A stretch of 64,000 nt of DNA. It comes from Acidimicrobiia bacterium (GTDB taxonomy: Bacteria; Actinomycetota; Acidimicrobiia; Spongiisociales; SHLN01). Below, piece by piece: positions 1 through 8,233 of this stretch. The DNA is taken from assembly GCA_013002865.1 (NCBI GenBank), contig JABDLU010000202.1, positions 1,062-65,061 of the forward strand, in the 5' to 3' direction. A model generated the notes under the pieces. That model did no database searches. It saw only the letters and a list, made by a program, of their open reading frames with translations, and was not told the origin of the DNA. Every line of letters starts with the position of its first letter. Position 1 is the first letter of the stretch. The position numbers and the translations under genes are program-made.

Positions 1-1
1 C

Positions 2-301
2 GCCGCCGGCATCGAGCCCGAGGTGGTCGTGTTCAACCGCGCCCTGCCGACCAGCTGGGCCGAGCCGGTCGAGCCACTCGACAACGGCCGAGCCGGCGCC
101 CGGCTCAACCACAACCTGGACCGGTGGGCGTCTGAGGTGCGCCGCCAGCAGGACGCCCGGGCAGATTTCGGCGGACGGGTCGGCACCCCGGTGCACACGA
201 TCCCGTGGCTGGCCGATCCCCCGGTCAACCTCGACGGGCTGCGAGCGCTGCTGGAGGGGTCGGGGCTGTCGATGGCTGCGCTGGGGCTGGCCGACGCGTA
301 G
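2..301 (+). CDS. Partial (3' end) of probable ArsA-family P-loop ATPase
   Basis: Frame open from the window edge; 'VVVFNRALP...VHTIPWLADPPVNLDGLRAL' resembles the C-terminus of actinobacterial ArsA-related ATPases. Confidence 0.5.
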   Translation, partial: AAGIEPEVVVFNRALPTSWAEPVEPLDNGRAGARLNHNLDRWASEVRRQQDARADFGGRVGTPVHTIPWLADPPVNLDGLRALLEGSGLSMAALGLADA

Positions 302-3300
302 TCACGCCAGGGCCCGGGCGCCGAGCAGCTCTTTGAGCTCGGCGTAGAGGGCGGAGCGGGGCTCTACCCGGAACTCGTCTCCGAGGCGCAGAACCTTCAG
401 GTCGCCCGACTCGCTGGTCATGTGCAAGAAGACCGGGGCGGCACCCGGATGGTTGTTGAGCACCGACTTGAGACGGGTGACCAGCTTCTGAGACATGGCC
501 GAGGCGGCCACCCGGATGCGCAGCGAGCCGTCCGGGCGAAGATCGGGCTCCTTGATCGTCGCCGCGACCAGTTTGACGTCGTCGCCCCGGTGGTCGAGCC
601 GGCCAGACACGACGAGGATGGCGTCCTCCCTGATGAGGGGGCCGACCTCGGCCACCGTGCGCGGGAAGCACAGGACCTCAACGGAGCCCTCGAGGTCTTC
701 CAGCTCGAAGAACACCATCGGGTCACCGGCCCGGGTGTAGCGGCGCGTGATCGATGACACCATGCCCCCGATGGTGACCGAGGTCCCGTCCTCCAGCTCG
801 AACAATGCCGGTATCGGTGAGGAGATCAACCGGGTGAGGGCGGGGCCGACCGTGAGCAGCGGATGGTCGGAGATGAACAGCCCGAGCATCTCCTTTTCGA
901 AGCCGAGCTTGATCTTCTGGTCCCACTCGTCGGCCGGGATCTCGATCGGAGACAGCTCGAGGGCGGACTCGGCACCCCCGAACAGGCTGTACTGGCCGGC
1001 ATCCTCGGCCCGGCGGCGGGCCACCGTGTTCTCCACCTGCTGCTCGAATACCAGGGTGAGGCCCCGCCGGCTGTGACCGAGCGAGTCAAACGCTCCCGCC
1101 TTGATCAGGGACTCGACGGTGCGCTTGTTGAGCACCGACAGGTCGACCCGGTTGATGAAGTCGGTGAAGTCGGCGAACGGGCCGTTCTTCTCCCGCTCAG
1201 TGAGGATCGCCTCGACAACGCCCTCGCCGACGTTGCGAATCGCCGAAAGGCCGAACGGGATGGACCCATCCCGGGCAATGAAGTCCAGCTCGGATCGGTT
1301 GATGTCCGGGGTCAACACCTCGACGCCGAGCTGGCGGCATTCGTTGAGGTACAGGGCGGTGCGATCCTTGTCCCGCTTGGTCGATGTGAGCAACGCCGCC
1401 ATGTACTCGGCGGGATAGTGCGCTTTCAACCAGGCGGTCTGATAGGCAACCAGCCCGTAGGCGGCGGAGTGTGACTTGTTGAAGCCGTAGCCGGCGAAGT
1501 GCTCGATGTAGCCGAACAGCTCCTTGCCGAGCTGTTCGGGATGGCCGTTGGTGACACAGCCGGCGACGAACTGCTCCTCCTGCTTGGCCATGACCGAGGC
1601 GATCTTCTTGCCCATGGCTTTGCGCAGAAAGTCGGCTTCTGCCATCGAGAACCCCGCCATGGTCCTCGCCACCTGCATGACCTGCTCCTGGAACACCATG
1701 ATGCCGTAGCTGTCGGAGAGCACCGGCTCGAGATCGGGATGCGGATAGTCGACCGCTTCCCGGCCGTTCTTGCGGTCGGCGTACTTGTTGTGCATGCCGG
1801 CCCCAAGCGGTCCCGGCCGGTACAGAGCGTTGAGCGCAACGATGTCGCCGAAATGATCCGGCTTGAGGTTGCGCATCAGGGCCCGCATCGGCCCACCCTC
1901 CAGCTGGAACACCCCGATGGAGTCGCCGCGCTGGAGCATCTCGAACACGAGCGGATCGTCGAGCGGGACGTGGTCGATGTCCACCCGCGTTCCGGTGTTG
2001 GCTTCGATGATCTCGAGGGCCCGCTCGATGGTCGACAGGTTGCGCAGGCCGAGGAAATCCATCTTGAGCAAGCCGAGCGCCTCGACGGCGTGCATTTCGT
2101 ATTGGGTGACGACCTCGGCGTCGTCGCCCTTCTGCTGCAGCGGGACGATCTCGGTGAGCGGTGTTGGCGCGATCACCACGGCGGCGGCGTGGATGGAGTC
2201 CTGGCGCCTGAGCCCCTCGAGCCCCCGGGCGGTGTCCACCACCCGCTTGGAGTCACCGTCGATCCCGATCTCATCGCGCAGGCCGGCGGCTGCCGAGTAG
2301 AAGTCACGCACCGCCGGGTCGGCACCGGGGCCGGGATCGACCAGGCACTGCTCGAGGGTGGCCTCGACCCCGAGGATGGCGGGCGGCATCAGCTTGGCGA
2401 GCTTGTCGCCCTTGCCGTAGGGGAACCCGAGTACCCGGGCGGCATCGCGGATGGCCTGGCGGCCCTTGATGGTGCTGAAGGTAATGATCTGGGCGACATG
2501 GTCGGTGCCGTAGCGCTCCGTGCAGTAGCGGATCACATCGGCGCGGTACCGCTCGTCGAAGTCCATGTCGATGTCGGGCATCTCCCGCCGGCCCGGGTTG
2601 AGAAAACGCTCGAAGATGAGGCCGTATTCGAGGGGATCGAGGTCGGTGATGCGCAGGCAATAGGCGATGATGGAACCGGCCGCGCTCCCCCGGCCCGGCC
2701 CGGTCCTAATGCTCTGTTCGCGAGCGTAACGAATGAGGTCCCAGACGATGAGGAAGTAGGCGGGGAAACCCATTTCGGAGATGACCCGTAGCTCGTACTC
2801 GACCCGCTCGCGTACCTCGGTGCTCAGGGAATCGCCGTAGCGCTCCCTGGCCCCCGCCTCGACCAGCTCGCGCAGGTAGGACTCCTCGGTGTGGCCTTCC
2901 GGCACGGGGAATCGCGGCAGGAGGATCTCGCCGAGGGGAATGGTGGTCTTGACCCGGGAGGCAATCAGCAGGGTGTTGTCGCAGGCACCCGGGTACTGAT
3001 CGTTGGGAAACAACGCCCGCATTTCGGCCGCCGTCTTGAGGTGGTAGCCGGTGCCGCTGAACTTGAAGCGGTTTGGCTCATCGATGGTGGCTCCGGTTTG
3101 GATGCACAGAAGCACGTCGTGGGCTTCGGCTTCTTCGGGGCGGGTGTAATGGGAGTCGTTGGTCGCCAGCAGCGGCGCACCCAGGTCGGCGGCAATCTGG
3201 AGCAGGTCGGGCATGATCTGGCGTTCGGCCGGGATACCGTGGTCCTGCACTTCCACGAAGAAGTTGTCCTTGCCGAAGATGTCCTGGTACATCGCGGCGG

Positions 3301-3823
3301 CAGCCCGGGCGGCCTCGAAGTCGCGGGCCAGTCCGGTATTGCCTTCCTCATGCGAGTCGGGGCCGAGCAGTTGGGCAACGTGCCCGCCGAGGCAGCCGGT
3401 GGTGGCGATGAGCCCCTCGGCGTGCTCGGCGAGCAGCTCGGCATCCATCCGCGGCTTGTAGTAGAAGCCCTCCAGGTACGCCTTGGAAGCCAGCGCCATG
3501 AGATTGCGATAGCCGGTGTCGTTCTCGGCGAGCAGGATCATGTGGTAGCGGCGATCCTCGTGGCGGGGTGGGCGATCGAAGCGCGAGCCGGGGGTGATGT
3601 AGGCCTCGATCCCGATCACCGGATTGATGCCGGCGCTCTGGGCGGCTTTGTAGAAGTCGACGGCGCCGTAGAGAACACCGTGATCGGTGATGGCGATGGC
3701 GGGCTGTTCCAGCTCGGCGGCCCGGGCAACGACGTCCTGTACCCGGGCGGCACCATCGAGCATGGAGAACTCGGTGTGCAAGTGGAGGTGGGCGAAATTG
3801 TCGCTGTGGGATGGTTCGATCAT
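302..3823 (-). CDS. dnaE: DNA polymerase III alpha subunit
   Basis: 1173 aa; PHP domain HLHLHTEFSMLDG, TDHG, TNDSHY; GPGRGSAAGS; catalytic MPDIDMDF; GLLKMDFLGL; YGFNKSHS; C-terminal OB fold. Confidence 0.98.
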   Translation of the reverse strand: MIEPSHSDNFAHLHLHTEFSMLDGAARVQDVVARAAELEQPAIAITDHGVLYGAVDFYKAAQSAGINPVIGIEAYITPGSRFDRPPRHEDRRYHMILLAENDTGYRNLMALASKAYLEGFYYKPRMDAELLAEHAEGLIATTGCLGGHVAQLLGPDSHEEGNTGLARDFEAARAAAAMYQDIFGKDNFFVEVQDHGIPAERQIMPDLLQIAADLGAPLLATNDSHYTRPEEAEAHDVLLCIQTGATIDEPNRFKFSGTGYHLKTAAEMRALFPNDQYPGACDNTLLIASRVKTTIPLGEILLPRFPVPEGHTEESYLRELVEAGARERYGDSLSTEVRERVEYELRVISEMGFPAYFLIVWDLIRYAREQSIRTGPGRGSAAGSIIAYCLRITDLDPLEYGLIFERFLNPGRREMPDIDMDFDERYRADVIRYCTERYGTDHVAQIITFSTIKGRQAIRDAARVLGFPYGKGDKLAKLMPPAILGVEATLEQCLVDPGPGADPAVRDFYSAAAGLRDEIGIDGDSKRVVDTARGLEGLRRQDSIHAAAVVIAPTPLTEIVPLQQKGDDAEVVTQYEMHAVEALGLLKMDFLGLRNLSTIERALEIIEANTGTRVDIDHVPLDDPLVFEMLQRGDSIGVFQLEGGPMRALMRNLKPDHFGDIVALNALYRPGPLGAGMHNKYADRKNGREAVDYPHPDLEPVLSDSYGIMVFQEQVMQVARTMAGFSMAEADFLRKAMGKKIASVMAKQEEQFVAGCVTNGHPEQLGKELFGYIEHFAGYGFNKSHSAAYGLVAYQTAWLKAHYPAEYMAALLTSTKRDKDRTALYLNECRQLGVEVLTPDINRSELDFIARDGSIPFGLSAIRNVGEGVVEAILTEREKNGPFADFTDFINRVDLSVLNKRTVESLIKAGAFDSLGHSRRGLTLVFEQQVENTVARRRAEDAGQYSLFGGAESALELSPIEIPADEWDQKIKLGFEKEMLGLFISDHPLLTVGPALTRLISSPIPALFELEDGTSVTIGGMVSSITRRYTRAGDPMVFFELEDLEGSVEVLCFPRTVAEVGPLIREDAILVVSGRLDHRGDDVKLVAATIKEPDLRPDGSLRIRVAASAMSQKLVTRLKSVLNNHPGAAPVFLHMTSESGDLKVLRLGDEFRVEPRSALYAELKELLGARALA

Positions 3824-3825
3824 CG

Positions 3826-3866
3826 AAAACTACATGTCTGTAAGTAGACCTCCAACATAGTGGAAC
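3826..3866 (-). promoter_or_regulatory. Two NrdR-box-like sites overlapping the putative dnaE promoter
   Basis: AT-richer patch with plus-strand cores CTACATGTCT (3830) and CAACATAGTG (3853), 23 nt apart, resembling the consensus acaCwAtATaTwGtgt. Confidence 0.35.
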
Positions 3867-3956
3867 CGACCCTCGGTCGTAAAGCCGACGGGCAGCCGGC
3901 GGCGGGGGGCGACAGGGCTAGGCTCGGGCGCGCATTTCGAGCACCGGAGGACACCC

Positions 3957-5105
3957 ATGCGCATTGGCATTCTGACAGGAGGCGGCGACGTCCCCGGCCT
4001 GAATCCGTGTATCAAAGCGGTGGTCGAGCGGGTGGCAGCCGAGGGCCACGAGGTGGTCGGCATTCGACGGGGATGGGCACCGTTCGTGCACTTCGACCCC
4101 GACAATCCCTCCGATCGCGAAGACTGGTTCATCGACCTCGACCCGATGACGGTCCGCACCGTTGGTCGTTCCGGCGGAACGTTCCTTCACACCTCCCGCA
4201 CCAACCCGAGCAAGGTCAAACCGTCCGACCTGCCACCGCACCTGGCCGACCGGGCCACCGACGAACCGACGGTAGACGTCACCGATCACGCCCTGCGGGT
4301 CGTTGAGAGCCAGAACCTCGACGTCCTCATCCCGATCGGCGGCGACGACACCCTCTCGTACGGGCTGCGTATGCACGAGGAGGGGGTTCCGTCGATTGCC
4401 ATCCCCAAGACGATGGACAACGATGTGCACGGCACCGACTATTGCATCGGGTTCTCGACCGCGATCACCCGGGGCGTCGAATTCATCAACAACCTGCGCA
4501 CCAGCACCGGCAGCCACGAGCGCATCGCCGTCGTCGAGCTGTTCGGCCGCTACAGCGGCGAGACCTCCCTGATCACGGCCTATCTGGCCGGCGTGGATCG
4601 GGCGATCATCTCCGAGGTGCCGTTCGATGTCGACCGTCTCAGCAAGATGCTGCTCGAGGACAAGAAGCGCAACCCCAGCCATTACGCCATGATGACGATC
4701 TCAGAGGGCGCCAAACTGGCCGGCGGGGACATCATGGTGAGCGGTGAAGCCGATGCCTACGGCCACCGCAAGCTCGGCGGCATCGGCGCCCAGACCGGCC
4801 AGCTCATCAAGGAGCGGACCGGCGAGGCCATCATCTACCAGCAGGTCGGTTATCTGATGCGGTCCGGAGCGCCCGACTCGCTCGACCTCATGGTCGCCAC
4901 CAACTACGCAGTGATGGCGGCCGATCTCGCCATGGAGAACGCCACCGGCCGGATGGTGGCGCTGCGGGGCGGGACCTACACCAACGTGCCGATCTCAGTG
5001 ACCAGCGAGGGAGTCAAGCGGGTCGATGTCGGCGAGCTGTACGACGAGCCCAACTATCGGCCCAAGGTGCGGCACGTGTCCGGCAAGCCGATGTTCCTCT
5101 ACTAG
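3957..5105 (+). CDS. pfkA: 6-phosphofructokinase, predicted PPi-dependent
   Basis: [34 protein letters not shown] upstream. Confidence 0.9.
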   Translation: MRIGILTGGGDVPGLNPCIKAVVERVAAEGHEVVGIRRGWAPFVHFDPDNPSDREDWFIDLDPMTVRTVGRSGGTFLHTSRTNPSKVKPSDLPPHLADRATDEPTVDVTDHALRVVESQNLDVLIPIGGDDTLSYGLRMHEEGVPSIAIPKTMDNDVHGTDYCIGFSTAITRGVEFINNLRTSTGSHERIAVVELFGRYSGETSLITAYLAGVDRAIISEVPFDVDRLSKMLLEDKKRNPSHYAMMTISEGAKLAGGDIMVSGEADAYGHRKLGGIGAQTGQLIKERTGEAIIYQQVGYLMRSGAPDSLDLMVATNYAVMAADLAMENATGRMVALRGGTYTNVPISVTSEGVKRVDVGELYDEPNYRPKVRHVSGKPMFLY

Positions 5106-5107
5106 CC

Positions 5108-6136
5108 GTGGATGTCATTGGCGTCCTCACCGCAGGCGGCGACTGCCCGGGGTTGAACGCCGTCGTCAGGGCAACCGTGGTCCGGGCGATCGAAAGGCAC
5201 GATGCCGAGGTCGTCGGAATTCTCAACGGCTGGGAAGGCCTCATGGAAGGCCGCACCCGGCCACTGGACCGCGACGATGTGCGGGGCATCCTGGCCCGCG
5301 GGGGGACCATCCTCGGCACCTCCCGGCTCGACCCGTACGTGCACGGCGACGGGTTCGAGTCCGTGCGCAAGACGCTCGAATCCAACGACATGGACGCGCT
5401 CGTCGTCATCGGCGGTGACGGAACCCTCCGCACCGCCATGCAGCTCTACGAAGACGGCGGCCTCCCCGTCGTCGGCGTGCCGAAGACCATCGACAACGAC
5501 ATCGACGCCACCGACGTCACGTTCGGGTTCGACACCGCCGTCCAGATCGCCACCGAGGCGATCGACCGGATCGCCACGACCGCCGAAGCCCACAACCGGG
5601 TGATGCTCGTCGAGGTCATGGGCCGCACCAAGGGGTGGATCGCCGCCTACTCCGGCATTGCCGCCGGCGCCGACGCCATCATCATTCCCGAGGTCGACTA
5701 CGACCTCGACACCATTGCCAAGATCATCCGCAAGCGCCATCGCCGCGGCCACACATACTCGGTGGTGGTGATCGCCGAGGGCGTCGAGCCTCCCGCCGGG
5801 CTAGAGGTTGAGGAGCGCATCGACCAGTTTGGATTCAAGCGGCTGGGCGGAGTTGCCTACACGGTCGGTCACGAGATCGAACGCCTCACCGGGTTCGAGA
5901 CCCGGGTCACGGTACTCGGGCACCTGCAGCGCGGGGGAACCCCGAGCGCCACCGACCGCGTGCTGGCCACCCGGTTCGGCGTGAAGGCGGCCGACCTGGC
6001 GGCGGAGGGCACCTTCGGGACGATGGTTGCGCTGCGCGGCACCGAGATGGTCGCCGTGCCGATCGCCGACGCCTGCGCCACCATTCGCGGCGTACCGGAT
6101 CAGATCTACGACGTGGCGGAGACGTTTTTCGGCTGA
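5108..6136 (+). CDS. pfkA: 6-phosphofructokinase, predicted ATP-dependent
   Basis: GGDCPGLN, GGDGT, PKTIDND, EVMGR, LGHLQRGG. Confidence 0.92.
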   Translation: MDVIGVLTAGGDCPGLNAVVRATVVRAIERHDAEVVGILNGWEGLMEGRTRPLDRDDVRGILARGGTILGTSRLDPYVHGDGFESVRKTLESNDMDALVVIGGDGTLRTAMQLYEDGGLPVVGVPKTIDNDIDATDVTFGFDTAVQIATEAIDRIATTAEAHNRVMLVEVMGRTKGWIAAYSGIAAGADAIIIPEVDYDLDTIAKIIRKRHRRGHTYSVVVIAEGVEPPAGLEVEERIDQFGFKRLGGVAYTVGHEIERLTGFETRVTVLGHLQRGGTPSATDRVLATRFGVKAADLAAEGTFGTMVALRGTEMVAVPIADACATIRGVPDQIYDVAETFFG

Positions 6137-6149
6137 GCGCCGCACACGG

Positions 6150-7100
6150 TCAGTGGTCGGTGGCCAGAACGTCGGGCAGTGTGCCGGTTGAGGGATCGCT
6201 GAGGGCTTGCAGCGAAGCCACGAGGTCGTCGGGGAGGGGAGACTCGGCTGTGATGGTGGCGGCGGTGATGGGGTGGTCGAAGGCGAGCCGCCACGAGTGG
6301 AGCCAGGGACGGCCCGGGTCGGCGGGGTCGCCGGTCCGAGCGCCGTAGGTGCGATCTCCCACGACGGGGTGCCCGATGGCGGCCAGGTGTACCCGAATCT
6401 GGTGGGTACGACCGGTCTCGAGGCGCACCTCGAGCATGCCGTGGTCGGGCCAGGCCGCCAGTTGCTCGTAGTGGGTGCGGGCGGGCCGTCCGGCGGGATG
6501 GACCCGGCGTCGCATCGGTCGATTCGGGTCGCGGTCGATGGGGGCATCTACGGTGCCGGTCTCGATCGACATTGGCAGTTCTACCAGGGCCAGGTAGGTC
6601 CGGGCGAGCCGCCGCTGGCGGACGAGGTCCCGCAGACCGGCGAGTGCCGGCCCGGACTTGGCGACCACGAGGAGCCCCGAGGTTCCCTTGTCGAGCCGGT
6701 GGACGATGCCCCAGCGATCGGTGTCGCCGATTCCGGCGATCTCCGGCCAGCGATCGAGCAGCCCGCCGGCCAGGGTGCCGGAGGCGTTGCCGGCCCCGGG
6801 ATGGGTGACGATCCCGGCGGGCTTGTCGACAACGGCGAGATCGGCATCCTCCCAGACAACCGAGAAATCGACCCGCTCGGGCGCCAGCGGCGGGGGCCGC
6901 TCGGGAGGCGCGAAGCGCACCGACGCGCCGGACTCGAGGCGGACGGAGGGCGACACCACCGCCTGCCCATCCACTTCGACCGACCCGGACTCGATCAGCT
7001 TGCGAGCACTCCCCCGGCTCACCTCCGCCAGCCGGGCCAGGATCAGGTCGATGCGCTCGCCGGCCAGGTCGTTCGGCACGACGACGGACCGTTCGCTCAT
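6150..7100 (-). CDS. rluD: RluA-family (RluD-like) pseudouridine synthase
   Basis: Start set at MSERSVV (7100), overlapping the lspA stop; S4 domain, VDKPAG, GIVHRLDKGTSG, LETGRTHQIR. Confidence 0.93.
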   Translation of the reverse strand: MSERSVVVPNDLAGERIDLILARLAEVSRGSARKLIESGSVEVDGQAVVSPSVRLESGASVRFAPPERPPPLAPERVDFSVVWEDADLAVVDKPAGIVTHPGAGNASGTLAGGLLDRWPEIAGIGDTDRWGIVHRLDKGTSGLLVVAKSGPALAGLRDLVRQRRLARTYLALVELPMSIETGTVDAPIDRDPNRPMRRRVHPAGRPARTHYEQLAAWPDHGMLEVRLETGRTHQIRVHLAAIGHPVVGDRTYGARTGDPADPGRPWLHSWRLAFDHPITAATITAESPLPDDLVASLQALSDPSTGTLPDVLATDH

Positions 7101-7558
7101 ACGGTCGACTTGGGAAGGAACGCGGCCAGCACGGCGACGGCGGCACCGATCGTCAGGCTGGCGTCGGCGACGTTGAACGTGGGAATGAACCACAGGCCGA
7201 TCCAGTCGACCACTTCGCCGTCCAGGAACCCGTCCGCCCGGAAAATCCGGTCGGCCAGATTGCCGGCGGCACCGCCGAGGATCAGCCCGAACACGACGGC
7301 TTCGTGACGATGCTCGGCCGATCCGCTCACCCGCACCAGCACGAGCACGACCACGATGGCGATCACTGCGATCAGTACCCCCGACCCTTGCAGCGAGTTG
7401 AAGGCGGCCCCCGGGTTGAAGACCAGCTTGAGGACCAGGAAGTCCCCGATCACCGACGTGGGACCGTCGGCGAAGGTCTCGAGCGCCCACCACTTGGTCA
7501 GCTGGTCGACGATGACGACCCCGGCGGCTACAAGAAGGGCGACCGCCCGGCTGGTCAC
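7097..7558 (-). CDS. lspA: Lipoprotein signal peptidase II
   Basis: DQLTK, NPGAAF, GNLADR, VVDWI, FNVAD; GTG start overlaps the upstream stop (GTGA). Confidence 0.93.
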   Translation of the reverse strand: MTSRAVALLVAAGVVIVDQLTKWWALETFADGPTSVIGDFLVLKLVFNPGAAFNSLQGSGVLIAVIAIVVVLVLVRVSGSAEHRHEAVVFGLILGGAAGNLADRIFRADGFLDGEVVDWIGLWFIPTFNVADASLTIGAAVAVLAAFLPKSTV

Positions 7559-7926
7559 CGCTTGCCGGAGCAGTTCACGCACAACGTCGTATACGGCAGG
7601 ACCTCGAGGCGGGCGATCGGAATGGCCGTCTGGCAGCTTTCGCACACGCCGTAGGTGCCCTTCTTGATGACGGTCTCAGCATGCCCGACCTTGCGGAGCA
7701 AATCGCGAGCATTCTCGACCAGCGCCAGCTCCTTCTCATACTCGAACGCCATCGTGCCGCCGTCGACCGAGTCGATGTCGGGGTTGCGTTCGGAGGCGGT
7801 TTCGTTGAGCTTGGCCTGCTCGCGCTCTTCTTCGAGCTCCTCGATCATCGCCTCGAGGCGCTCGCGCTCGGCTTTGAGCTGCTCCTTGAAGCGACTGATC
7901 GTCGATTTTGCGAGTTTCCGGGCCAT
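7555..7926 (-). CDS. TraR/DksA C4-type zinc finger protein
   Basis: Coiled coil followed by GTYGVCESC...IPIARLEVLPYTTLCVNC. Confidence 0.9.
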   Translation of the reverse strand: MARKLAKSTISRFKEQLKAERERLEAMIEELEEEREQAKLNETASERNPDIDSVDGGTMAFEYEKELALVENARDLLRKVGHAETVIKKGTYGVCESCQTAIPIARLEVLPYTTLCVNCSGKR

Positions 7927-8039
7927 TCCTACTCCCGAGATGGGGCGGAACAGTAGCACGAATTGGCCGCTTCACCAGACGAGGCGGACCGAGAATTGCG
8001 CCCCCGATCGGGGACCGGGGGCGATACACTCCCGGCAAC

Positions 8040-8228
8040 GCATTGACGAGGGCCGTCCCCCCGGGGCGGACATCACCTCCGAGCGGCGAGAAGAACGGCC
8101 CGGCCAAGTAGACCTCGACGGAGGCGCCCCGACACGGCGCAGGAATGAGCGGCCGTGTGCTCCCAGCACCGGCAAGCCGGGTGGTACCGCGGGTTATCAC
8201 TCGTCCCGGCCGACGACCGAGACGAGGA
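8040..8228 (+). ncRNA. T-box riboswitch (Ile, translational type) upstream of ileS
   Basis: T-box AAGCCGGGTGGTACCGCG at 8174-8191; ATC specifier at 8072-8074; GAA/AGTA stem II; helix gccggg/cccggc; ctcgtc/gacgag hairpin covering the RBS. Confidence 0.92.
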
Positions 8229-8233
8229 GCACC

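Noticed and set aside
302..3823. Intein or split in dnaE
   Set aside because: Normal length with contiguous motifs and no intein-like block; PHP metal ligands look intact, as is usual for actinobacterial DnaE1.
7655..8233. Long N-terminal extension of the ileS ORF
   Set aside because: It overlaps the dksA-like gene and the T-box; the RBS-backed start is at 8234.
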